From Pristiophorus japonicus (taxonomy: Eukaryota), in contig NC_091997.1 of the NCBI RefSeq assembly GCF_044704955.1, positions 66,154,001-66,218,000 of the forward strand: DNA of 64,000 nt, read 5' to 3'. Positions 1-11,794 of this stretch are shown one piece after another (position 1 is the first letter of the stretch; every line of letters starts with the position of its first letter). The translations under genes and the position numbers were made by a program. The notes below the pieces were generated by a model. That model was given only the letters and a program-made list of their open reading frames with translations. It was not told where the DNA came from and did not search any database.

Positions 1-218
1 AAAAGAAAAGGGTTGAAGGTCAAGCATTACTAACCCCATCTTCCGACACCCACTCCTCCCCATGGTTTAGTTAAACATTCCTTTTATCCCACTTCAGACA
101 AGGCACTCTCTAGAAATGGGAGTGGGAACATTATTGTGTACGAGTTATATTTGTCTGGTCACTATGTGTAAACGTTGTTCCGTGTTTCTCAAAAAATTGT
201 AAAGCCGTTCTAAAACAG

Positions 219-327
219 AGTCGTAGGTCTCAGCACCTGTCGGCTCGCAAGGGCAAAGGGCAAGCTAAGAGTTTCTCTTCCTCCTCGCTGACCAAAGCAT
301 GTGCACGTGAACGTGGGGCGAGTACAG
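219..327 (+). CDS. Candidate internal exon of a TTLL13/TTLL6-like gene (SRRSQHLSARKGKGQAKSFSSSSLTKACARERGAST)
   Basis: aaacAG acceptor and acag|GTttga donor; open frame, phase 0->1 fits the next candidate exon. No recognised protein motif. Confidence 0.3.
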
Positions 328-741
328 GTTTGAGCTTGGCCGTGACGCTCGGCCTGATCAACACTTGACGTCTAGGTCCATGCAGTTGCAGTGCCCGCTT
401 TGGAGAGGAGTTGGAGGGCAGCCAGCCCCTGTAGAACTGTACCCCGGCACGAGTCAGCACCTCCCAGAGAACTTGAGAGAAAAAGTCGGATAAGAATGTG
501 TAGTAAATGTATGCACCACCAGTGCTTAATGCCAGTATTCACCTTAGCCAAAACAGCTTATCTGGTGATTTATCTTCTTTGCTGTTTATGGCATCTTGCT
601 GTGCGCACGTGGGCTGCTGCGTTTGGCTATATACCAATAATGAGCGCACTTCAAAACAATGACCCTTTGGCTGTGAAGTGCTCTGGGATGTCTTGAGGAG
701 ATGAAAGATTTAATTTAAATTGATTTTCTAAATGAACTCAG

Positions 742-896
742 ACGATCATATTAGGTGTACTGAAGGGACACCGGGGCTAAGTCACCACAGGAGTTGTCCC
801 GATCACTTCAGAAACACTGGGAGGAGGGAGGGGGGAAGGAGGAAGAGAGAGGGGCGATGTCCGTTTCTCCGGGGTTTCCACGGATCTTCTGCCAAA
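742..896 (+). CDS. Candidate internal exon of a TTLL13/TTLL6-like gene (DHIRCTEGTPGLSHH...FHGSSAK)
   Basis: ctcAG acceptor and aaa|GTaatg donor; phase 1->0 links 219-327 to 3117-3507 in one open frame. Confidence 0.35.
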
Positions 897-2749
897 GTAA
901 TGATGGACAATCAGGAGAACCCCCGTGGAAACAGCTGGAGGTTATTCTGAAACTAATCAACGTGCTGCTGTTAACGTGCCGGCAATGCTGGAGATAGTAC
1001 TCAAACTTCATGTAAAGCACATCGTCAAACATAGCGTGCGGGGCAATCGTAGTATGGAACAGCCTCATTGTCTTTAGTCAGTGGCTATCGGACATGCATG
1101 GAAACCTATTACTATGTTTAAGAGTCTCCAGAGTAAACTACTGAGGAATCCACATAGGTGTTGACTCTTTGGTGCACCCTGTCTCCCTCCGAGGCCACAT
1201 CCCACTTAGCTGAGCCGCGAAAGAATGCTGCTGCAGATTAGCAAGAGCCAAGGCCCCACTGACCCCAAGCATGGGCAGGGGTTTATCCGGCTAACATTGC
1301 ACTGCTTGCCTGCACAGACCATTGGTGAGCATGCCCTTCGGGCACTGACTTGTACAGTTATCTGTGCTGTATCTCATAGAATCATAAAGCACGGAAGGAG
1401 GCCATTCGGCCCATCGTGCCTGTGCCAACTCTTTGAAGAGCTGTCCAATTAATCCCACTCATCCCTACTCTTTCCCTATAAATTTCTTTATTTCAAGTAT
1501 TTATCCAATTCCCTTCAGAAAGTTACTGTTGAATCTGCTTCCACCGCCCTTTCAGGCATTGCATACCCAGATCATAAAAGAAATGTCTCCTCATCTGCCC
1601 CCTGGCTTTTCTTTACCAATTATCTCTAAATCTGTGTCCTCTGGTTATCGACCGTCCCGCCTCTGGAAAGAGTTTCTCCCTATTTGGTCATGTGGAGAGA
1701 AAAAAGAGTAGCAAAGAATTGTAGCGTCACAGAATGAAGTAAGACATTAAATTAATTCGCAGGGTCTTTGGCTCAACTAATGACCGGTAGCTGAATCAAC
1801 AGGGGAGAATTTGGAGTGGGGGCATATCCGAGATAACGTAGGGCTACTTTTGTGGTCACTGCGTCGGTTCCTCTAAATGCCGCCCCCCTTTTCAGTAGCA
1901 TGCAGGCTGCAGGGACACTGAGATTGTCCCCATTTTGTTTGTGGAGGAATTTTTATTGGGGGAGGGGGGGAGGCGGGGGAGAAATCACCAATTCTCCACA
2001 TCGGCCATCTTGAGTTTTGCAAAAGGATTCTGGATCCTGCAGAGCCTCAGGATAAATTCACGGCCAGAAATAAATGGCGATATAACTCAGAAACCAAAGA
2101 GGTTAGGAAGGCTGCCAAGTCAAAAGTTGGACTCAATCTCACACTGTGTGCAGTCTCTGGGTTGATCCCTGACGTATGTTGAGTTAGTTGATGTCAGTCA
2201 AGCAGCAAATGGGGTCCTGCAGGTGGCTTCAGTCTCCCCTGGGCTAAGCGGGGGTGGTGGGAGGCAGGGTGGGGGTGACAGGAAATCAGCTACCAGCGAA
2301 CTCTGCTCCGTGTGTGGACATAGTGTGAGAACAGGATTAGGTGCAGCTGTGATGCACTCGAGGGTTAAACAGCCTGCCGACCTTCACTGTCACAGCAAAA
2401 TAGCTACTTGGGCAAGGCAGGGAATGGTGTGAAGAACATAAGTGTCATAGGAGCAGGAGTAGGCCATACGGCCCCTCGAACCCACTCCGTCATTCAATAA
2501 GATCATGGCTGAACTTGTACATCAACTCCACTTTCCCTTCTGGTCCCCCATATCCCTCGATCCCCTTCATGCCCAAGAATCTCAACAAGTACATCTTCAA
2601 CTGTATACCAGCCTGAGCCAGCACTCTCATGGTGAGGGGAATCAGACAGGGAATAAAGCTACAATAAACTGGTCGGCACTACTGACTCCCTAAGGCCAGG
2701 CTTCTATCCACACCAGCCACAAGGAGAATCCCAGGTTGGGGATTGGCCT

Positions 2750-3006
2750 GGGTCATTGAATATATTTACAGAGAGTCGTGAATCTGTGGAATTCTCTACC
2801 ACAGAGAGCTGTGTAGGCTGGGTCATTGAATATATTTAAGGTGGCGATAGACAGATATTTGAATGATAAGGGAGTCAAGGGTTATGGGGAGCAGGCAGAA
2901 AAGTGGAGTTGAGGCAAGATCAGACCAGCCATGATCTTATTGAATGGCGGAGCAGACTCGAGGGGCCAAATGGCTGACTCCTGCTCCTATTTCTTACGTT
3001 CTTATG
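2750..3006 (+). mobile_element. CR1 LINE 3' fragment
   Basis: RVVNLWNSLP-type coding remnant plus CR1 tail ending in cttatgtt-like repeats. Confidence 0.8.
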
Positions 3007-3116
3007 AAAAATGTGTTAACAGCTCTCGGGATGTGTAAGGATAGTTTTGGTTTGGTTTAGTGTGCTGGGTTTGTGTCCTGTCATCGCTTATCTTGTGTGT
3101 TTCTTTAACTTTCCAG

Positions 3117-3507
3117 TCATTAGTTTACGCAAACTCCTACCGACCCAGCCAGGAGTTGGAAGAGTTAACGTACATCGGCCCATTCTCCTCTCTGGGAAGG
3201 CATGCCACAGCAGAGCTTGGGATTCTCAACCCTGCTACAATAAACTGGTCGACACTGCTGACCCCCCAAAGCCAGGCCCCTATCCACATCAATCAGAAGG
3301 GGAACCCTAGCCTGGGGATCGGATTCCCTCTCCACCGCTTTCACCAACGCTTTCCCGTGCGCAAAGGTCTGACGTGGACTGGGACCAATCATTTGCCACC
3401 GTCGATTGAAACCGTTGTCACGACGAGGACAGCTGGATCGTCGGAGTTACGGCTCAGTGCAATATCGACCTATGCTCCTCGTTCTCTGAGTGCCAAATTC
3501 AGTCCCG
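3117..3507 (+). CDS. TTLL13: Probable exon of TTLL13/TTLL6-like polyglutamylase, divergent C-terminal region
   Basis: Strong acceptor (tttctttaactttccAG), donor cccg|GTgaga, 391 nt open. NPATINWSTLLT resembles the remembered TTLL6 tail motif PNTNWTLLK. TTLL13 lies directly upstream of NGRN on the same strand in mammals. Confidence 0.55.
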
Positions 3508-3542
3508 GTGAGAAACAGATCTGTCATTCTCAATTTTTATAT

Positions 3543-4290
3543 ATAAGAACATAAGAAATAGGAGCAGGAGTAGGTCATTTGGCCCCTCGAGCCTGCTCCG
3601 CCATTTAATAAGATCATGGCTGATCTGATCATGGACTCAGCTCCACTTCCCTGCCCCGCTCCCCATAGCCCTTTATTCCCTTATCGCTCAAAAATCTGAT
3701 TCTCTGCTTTAAAATTTATTCAATGACCCAGCCTCTACAGCTCTCTGGGGCAGAGAATTCCATAGATTTACAAAGCCTCTGAGAGAAGAAATTCTTCCTC
3801 ATCTCAGTTTTAAATGGCGGCCCCTTATTCTGAGACTATGTCCCCTAGTTTTAGTTTCCCCTATGAGTGAAAATATCCTCTCTGCATCCACCTTGTCGAG
3901 CCCCCTCATTATTTTATATGTTTCGATAAGATCACACCTCATTCTTCTGAACTCCAATGTGTATAGGCCCAACCTACTCAACATATCTTCATAAATCAAC
4001 CCCCTCATCTCTGGAATCAACCTAATGAACCTTCTCTGAACAGCCTCCAATGCAAGTATATCCTTCCTTAAATATGGAAACCAAAACTGTACACAGTACT
4101 CTAAGTGTGGCCTCATCAATACAGTTGTAGCAGGACTTCTCTGCTTTTATACTCTATCCCCCTTTTCTATATTTTTCTGCTAAAGTGGATAACCTCACAT
4201 TTTTACACATTATACTCCATCTGCCAAATGTTTGCCCACCTCACTTAGCCTGTCTATATCCCTTTGCAGATTTTTTGTGTCCTTCTCACA
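3543..4290 (-). mobile_element. CR1 LINE 3' fragment
   Basis: RPHLEYCVQFW...LEAVQRRF...RGHSLRIRG, plus CR1 tail. Confidence 0.9.
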
Positions 4291-4679
4291 ATATATATAT
4301 TGGATTCAGTTATATGCAGAATACACTTTTGTTTTAAAAGGGCCAGGCAGTGGCTTCGTGAGAAAGCGCACTGCCTGGTGTAGCCTTGAGTCATCCAGAC
4401 AGGAGGTCCATGGGTTCAATCCTAGGTCACCATTGAGTTCCATGCTCTCAGCTGCAGTGATAGTCGGAGTGTGGGAAATTGGTCTCTGTTGGCCAAGGAG
4501 GAAAATCAGCCTCTCGGCCTGCTCCCCGTGACCGTGCTATAGTGTGGGGTTTTCAAACTTGATATAGTCCTCGGGTTCAGTGTAAGAGGGCGCTCTGATA
4601 AGTAAACCTCACACACCTCATCCTGCTCAATATCTAGAGAAATATAGCAAGAGCAAGGGACGTAGGCTGGGATTCGTTT

Positions 4680-5160
4680 TCTTTGGAAATCTGAGGGAAG
4701 ACCTTATTGAGGTGTATAAAATTATGAGGGGCCCAGATAGAGTGAATAGGACAGACCTATTTCCCTTAGCAGAGGGGTTCAACAACCAGGGGGCATAGAT
4801 TTAAAGTTATTGGTAGGAGGTTTAGAGGGGATTTGAGAAGAATTTTTTTTACCCAGAGGGTGGTGGGGGTCTGGAACTCACTGCCTGAAAGGGTGGTAGA
4901 GGCAGAAACCCTCACCACATTTAAAAAGTGCTTGGATGTGCACTTGAAGCACCGTAACCTACAGGGCATAAGAACATAAGAAATAGGAGCAGGAATAGGC
5001 CATTTGGCCCCTCGTACCTGCTCCGCCATTCAATAAGATCATGGCTGGCGGACCAAGAACTGGAAAGTGGGATAAAGCTGGATAGCTCTTTGTCGGCCGG
5101 CACGGACACAATGGGCCGAAATACCCTCCTTCCGGCTGTAAATTTCTATGATTCTATGAC
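4680..5160 (+). mobile_element. CR1-like 3' fragment interrupted by an opposite-strand CR1 tail (~4967-5047)
   Basis: FFTQRVVGVWNSLP remnant; internal cataagaacataagaaataggagc segment in reverse orientation. Confidence 0.7.
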
Positions 5161-6439
5161 GATGACCCATGTCACTGGACTCTGACTTACTGAAACATAT
5201 CACATCCCACCATGTGACCACACACTATCAGACCACAGCTCAGGCTACAAACTACTAGAAAAATGCTTTGAACATTAAACAGGTACTGCTGTGGCCAATA
5301 GTCCTCTGAACTTCATTCAAAGCTCAAAGTTTACCATCCTCCATGCTCTTCCTCCTCTTTACGTCATAAAGATCTGACGATCCCTGGCTGTGCTGATCTC
5401 AGCTGGCGTGGCAGCAAGGGCCTTGGGTTAGGTAAGGACAAATATCAACCAGGGCTCCTGCTCCAGATACCATCCTAGTGGCCCTTGCTAGTTGCGGGTA
5501 TAAGGCGAGACCATGGTCAGGCTATGGACAAATAGCTACCAACAGTTGCTGCCTAGGCTCCTGCACCTGAACAAGGGAATGTTGAGTAATGCACTGGATG
5601 CTGCTTAGAAAGTTGTCTTGGATAACTCTTGCCACTGACCAAGACCTCGCTCTGTCAAGCCCGTGTGGTGGTTGGTGTGCAACGGCCACCACACATTAAA
5701 AAAATCCACCCACAGGCATCTTCCACCCCAAGATTTAGTTCGGGACCTGGAATTTTAGGTCCTTCATTGAAACACCTGTGAACTTTTTGATGTGGAAGCA
5801 AGTCATCCTCGATTCGAGGGACTGCCTATGATGATGAGTCCACTACCCTTTTAACATTTTTGAAAAATTGGAGCCAGTAACATGTCTGATAATTCACTTT
5901 GTTTATTATTCACAAAATGTTATTTGCCTTAAACACCCGCACTGGGCAGCACACATCAGCCTCATGTCTGACACGTGTGTAGATTCAATGAGGAACTGTG
6001 AAGATGGCTTCTCCAAGCCAGTTCATGTCTCTGGGTCTTGAAGGTAGCAAAGATCTTTCTAAATAAGTTTAAAAACATTGCGGCCTAGAAATTCGATTCG
6101 GACAGTGATGCCAAATGGGCGGTGTCAGATCGGCCATTATACGCAGCGCCTGTTACTCAGTTCCTCTGCAGTCAATAGACTGAATATCAGGCACTGGGTA
6201 TAAAAGACGGGCAATCTGATTTTTCTGGTACCATTTTCTTCAAAGTCTGCTTCCTGTTGGATGCAACACTATCTGGTGTTTTATGACCACTTAGTTGTTC
6301 GAACCGATATAGAGATGAGAGCCTCATGCATTTTACACCATACTGTTACTTCCTATCATTACTTTCCCCGAGCCATAGCCCTGTTGTAAACAACCTTCGA
6401 TGCATACCATTATAGCAACATATTGCCTTTTATATTGCA

Positions 6440-6815
6440 GCATAGAAACATAGAAAATAGGTGCAGGAGTAGGCCATTCGGCCCTTCTAGCCTGCACTGC
6501 CATTCAATGAGTTCATGGCTGAACATGCAACTTCAGTACCCCATTCCTGCTTTCTCGCCATACCCCTTGATCCCCCTAGTAGTAAGGACTTCATCTAACT
6601 CCTTTTTGAATATATTTAGTGAATTGGCCTCAACAACTTTCTGTGGTAGAGAATTCCACAGGTTCACCACTCTCTGGGTGAAGAAATTCCTCTGCATCTC
6701 GGTCCTAAATGGCTTACCCCTTATCCTTAGACTGTGACCCCTGGTTCTGGACTTCCCCAACATTGGAAACATTCTTCCTGCATCTAACCTGTCTGAACCC
6801 ATCAGAATTTTAAAA
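6440..6815 (-). mobile_element. CR1 LINE 3' fragment
   Basis: Near-identical to the 3' end of 11795-13283; catagaaa tail. Confidence 0.9.
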
Positions 6816-7261
6816 TCTCCTTCTCTTACTCTACCCACTGCTGTGATGAAAAAAAGCCTGTGTTTTAAAAGCCTAAGTTTTCGATCTTAATAACTCTTTG
6901 AGCTCGATGTTATCCACCTAGCTTATTTATTTATTTATTTATTTATATGTGCCTATTTTTACAGTACAGTATCTTCGGTCCTGAAACTCATCGTTCTCCA
7001 ATATTACCAGCACTATTGAGGAGAAAAGACAGGCGTTTGGAGAGCACCATTTAAACCAATTCTGTCTACCTTACTGTGTTCTGTCTTTGCTAGAAATAAA
7101 AGTAATGTAAAAACATATCGATTTTCTTGCACTGGAGGGCAAGCAGTGGCCGTGGAACCACAGGTGGCAGGAGCAAAGGAGGAAAAGTGGGGCAGGACGG
7201 GAGGCTGGGCGGGGGAGGAGGGGTGAAAGGAATCCATTGATTGCAATATGTTTCTGTACAG

Positions 7262-7515
7262 AAATTTCTCTCCTGGAGTCAAAAGGCCCCCGAACGCACA
7301 GCATGCTGTCAGGCTGTGGAACCAGCCTCAACAGTTCAGTGACTGCAGCCCGAATGAGCACTGGCTCCAACATGTGGAATATGAAGTTGAATATGATCAA
7401 CCCGGCAAGCCATGGGCTGACTGTGGTGTCAGCCCGGGCCCCCATGAATCAGCGAGCTCACTTAACAAGACGAGCAAACATACTGAGCTTATTCCAATCC
7501 GATATCAACAGGTAA
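7262..7515 (+). CDS. TTLL13: Probable last or penultimate coding exon of TTLL13/TTLL6-like gene
   Basis: tttctgtacAG acceptor in phase 1, matching the previous exon. HGLTVVSARAP resembles the TTLL6 tail motif LLVIATPAQL (recalled). Ends at TAA 7513-7515, which overlaps a possible donor AG|GTAAAA. Confidence 0.5.
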
Positions 7516-8209
7516 AATCTAAAACTCTGCAACGAGACTTATGCATGTTTTCGGACTTTTGGGTTTTACAGTGTCAGTCATTGCGGGGTGGCTCGCGGGG
7601 TGGGTTTGTGGTGTGTCTGGTGTTTGGTAGCGAGCCTAACCTGCTAGCAGGCCTCCAGTGGGAGAACATCTGGGCAACAATGACCACAACATTATATGGT
7701 TCAGTTGAACCAAAGGTGCTGAAAATCTACAATTAATTCCAGATTGCGGAAGGGGCGAGCTTCACTAAACTAGCAGAAGATTTGGAACAGCTAGTAAATT
7801 GGTTAACCCTACCGGGTGGCAATTAAAGCGATGCAGGATATACATGGAAAGTTTTTAAGAACAAAATAAAAGACATATGGAAGACATGTACATGTCTAAA
7901 GTCAACAGAGAGGAGAGCCAATGACTGGTCATGTACAAAGACAAATAAGATGTAAACATAAATGTCTTTATAAAAATGATAGGCACATAATACGCAACAG
8001 AACAATGACAAGTACCGGGAACAGCTTCAGAAAACGAAGGCCATTGTTCGATGGAAAAGGTTCATGGAAAAGAGGATCATAGACAATCATGGCAGAGGTG
8101 GAAGAAGCTTTTGCAGCTATGTGAAGAGTCCGAGGACCGTCAAAGTCTGTATTGGGCCATTGAAGCATGGTCAAGGTCAGGCTATGAAGGACTCTCGGGG
8201 TATGGCAGA

Positions 8210-8720
8210 GAAACGTAGAAACTAGGTGCAGGAGTAGGCCATTCGCCCCTTCGAGTCTGCACCACCATTCAATATGATCATGGCTGATCATGCAACTTCA
8301 GTACCCCATTCCTGCTTTCTCTCCATACCCCTTGATCCCTTTAGCCGTAAGGGCCATATCTAACTCCATTTTGAATATATCCAACGAACTGGCCTCAACA
8401 ACTTTCTGTGGTAGAGAATTCCACAGGTTCACAACTCTCTGAGTGAAGAAGTTTCTCCTCATCTCGGTCCTAGATGGCTTATCCCTTATCCTTAGACTGT
8501 GACCCCTGGTTCTGGACTTCCCCCAACATTGGGAACATTCTTCCTGCATCTAACCTGTCCAATCCCGTCAGAATTTTATATGTTTCTATGAGATCCCCTC
8601 ATTCTTCTAAATTCCAGTGAATATAAGCCTAGTCGATCCAGTCTTTCTTCACATGTCAGTCCTGCCATCCCAGGAATCAGTCTGGTGAACCTTCGCTGCA
8701 CTCCCTCAATAGCAAGAATC
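8210..8720 (-). mobile_element. CR1 LINE 3' fragment
   Basis: SRTRGHSLRIR...RNFFTQRVVNLWNSLPQKVVEA. Confidence 0.9.
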
Positions 8721-9559
8721 TCCTGCTATGGAGGAAGCTTGAGGAATACTGTCCATTGGTCTTCACTCTTGAAGATGATGCTCAATTGACCGAATTAAAT
8801 GATGTTGTTGACAAATAACACTGTTAATATTATAATAGATAAACATACTGTTTTAGATAGAATTAGGAGCCTTAACCTGCCCCCCCTCCCTTGCGTCCCA
8901 CACGGATCGGTATTGGGACCGTCGCTCTTTACCTTTTTTATTAATGATCTAGATGTAGGCGTTTGGGGAATGATCTAGGAAGAACATGAGGAGGCCATTC
9001 AGCTCCTCGAGCCTGTTCCGCCATTCAATTAGATCATGGCTGATCTGTATCTTAACTCCATCGACCCGCCTTGGTTCCATAACCCTTAATACCCTTATGT
9101 AACAAAATAACATTTTGCAGATGAAAGAAAAAGATCTGGGTGTTGTAGTGCATAGATTTCTAAATCCTGAATCCTGACCAATACTGTGAAGCAATAGCCA
9201 GAGCCAACAGGGTGCTGGGGTATATTTCCAGGATAATTCATAATAAAACAAAGCAAACTATTTTGTCCTTGTACAAAACCTTGATCAGACCTCAGTTTTT
9301 CGTATGTCTCACTCTTTCAATCATAAATCTGACTCCTAGCGTCTCCCTAACTTTACGCCGTTTATCCATAGCCAAGTGGGAATTGTCTATCTGTTCTATG
9401 ACAAAGTATTCGCTGCCTTTCATCTTGAACCCAACAGTTCGGTCAAGCTGGTATATCCGAGCCTGGTGCTCCTCCGACTGCAGTCTTAAAACTTCTGGAT
9501 TGTGTAAACAAACACTAATTCTAAACTGTAGGGCTGCCTCACTTATCTGTTTAAAGTCT

Positions 9560-9925
9560 TGAGCACAGAAATTACACTCCCTGTGCAGTGCTGAGGGAGT
9601 GCTGCACTGTCGGAGGTGCCGTCTTTCAGATGAGGCGTTAAACTGAGGCCCCGTCTGCTCTCTCAGGTGGATGTAAAAGATCCCATAGCACTATTTCGAA
9701 GAAGAGCAGGGGAGTTATCCCCGGTGTCCTGGCCAATATTTATCCTTCAATCAACATCACTAAACCATTATTTAATTGCTGTTTGTGGGAACTTGTGCAA
9801 AAATTGGCAGCTGCATTTCCCTACATTAAAATGGTGACTACACTTCAAAAGTACTTCACTGGCTGTAAAGCGCTTTGAGACGTCCTGAGGCAGTGAAAGG
9901 CGCTACATAAATTCAAGTCCTTTAT
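9560..9925 (+). mobile_element. DeuSINE (SacSINE1-like)
   Basis: Deu core ggtgccgtctttcagatgag...aaaagatcccatagcactatttcgaagaagagcagggg, plus tail gtgaaaggcgcta. Confidence 0.8.
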
Positions 9926-11794
9926 TTTTCCTCCTCCAATTTTCTTCCCCCACCCAAAGGCACCAGTTTTTACTGGAGGAATAATTCCACAAGGATCTCG
10001 TCCATTCTTTAAATATGAGCCTAGATAGTGGGTGTCATCGGGCTATTCGACTGCAGGGGCATCACAGGTCAGCCCAATCCTGCCAACAGTCAGAATGGCA
10101 ACCTGGGGTTGGTGCCCATGGAACTCTACCCCAATTAGAGCCAGCACTTTCAGCAGAGCAGTGGGTGGGTGGGGGGGGGGGGGGGTGGTCTGTACAGACA
10201 AAATACAAATTAAACTTTTGAGTTTGTTAGTAACAAATTTCACCCATTCTTCCTTGTTAGACGGCTGAATTAATCTCAAGCAGCAGATCGTTGCTGGATT
10301 CCCTTTCCACTTCTTCAAGCCAGAGAACCTTTTCACTACCTGGTGATGTTTGTGCCATTAAAGTTCCTTTTCCTCAGGGTGGGATGAGGTGGGGGAAAGA
10401 ACAAAAGGGATCTGAGCAGGAACTGAGAAGAGAGACGAACGCATTTCCTGTTGGCAGCAGCGATCGGAGAACACTGCACCGGGTCTCAATAAATGCCATT
10501 GTACAACCCATGCCTGATGGGGAAGTTGGACTGTGTGTCTATTGGTTGAGCAAAGTCCACAGACTCTTTTCTAAACATTGAACAAAATAAGCCAAATAAA
10601 TGAAAATGATATTTTTTTTAACGATGTCTAACTAAAGTATTCTTGTTACTATTGGAAGTCTCTTTAATGATACTTAAATTATATTCCTGATGTACCGCTT
10701 CCTGCTCTGGTAGTTAAATCACTCGCAGGGCTTTAGCGAGATGTTACATGGGTCCAGTGGTTTGTGCCTCTCTCGGTCCATGAGATTTGTTGTCATCAAT
10801 GTAACAGCAAAATCATTTAAAGACTATAATATTGCAGTTTGATTCTGGCCTGTAATAAGTTGGCAGATCTCGGTATAGTTGCTAGGAGTGGCCTCGGTGC
10901 ACATGCACCAAGACAAGTATTAAAATTATTAAATATACGTATGGTATGTATCCATCAGTTCCACTATAGATTTTTTGTTGGGTAAGGGTATTAAGGGTTA
11001 CGGAACCAAAGTGGCTACATGAAGTTTGGATATCGGATACAGATCAGCCATAATCTTATTGAATGGCAGAACAGACTCGAGGGGCTGAATGGCCTCCTCC
11101 TGTTCCTATAGATATTACTGTTCCGAACTTTTCTTTTTATTCATACGTGAAATGTGGGCGACGCTGGCCAGGCTGGCATTTATTGCCCATCCCTAATTGC
11201 CCTTGGGAAGGTGTTGGGTGATCCTCCTTCTTGAACCGCTGCAGTCCGTGTTCCTCCTCCGCTCCAAGAACTGTGTTCGACCAGCTCTTCCTTGCCCCTT
11301 GAATACTCGCTACACTGAGTGTCGTCTCCTAACCTCAACTCATTCTTTCCCACAGCTTCAAAACTATGGAACTCCTTACCTGTGTCGGCCTTCCCTTCCT
11401 CGTACATTGAAAACCAAGCTTGGCGTCACCTAATCACTGCTTCCTGCTTTACTTCGTCTCTTCCTTATTCTTTCCAAACCTGGTGTTGCCTTTACCTCTT
11501 CACTTCGGTTATATTAAATAGAAATAGAAATGCAATAAATCACCAAAGGGAGCACAGGAAAATCGCACAGTATACAGCAAGCTTGCAACTAATACTTCGC
11601 TCTTTTTGTTCCATTTGCTTTTCCATTCTTTCACTCTCTTTTACCTTTGATTTTCTCTCTGTCCCTTTTCTGGACTGCTGACACCATTCTTCTCTATATT
11701 CCCTCCGTGTCTCATACTGCTCCTTGTGTTTTTGCTCAGTGCCTCCATCCTTGTTGGGAGATGGGTCAGGGCATATCCATGATTAAAGAATCAT

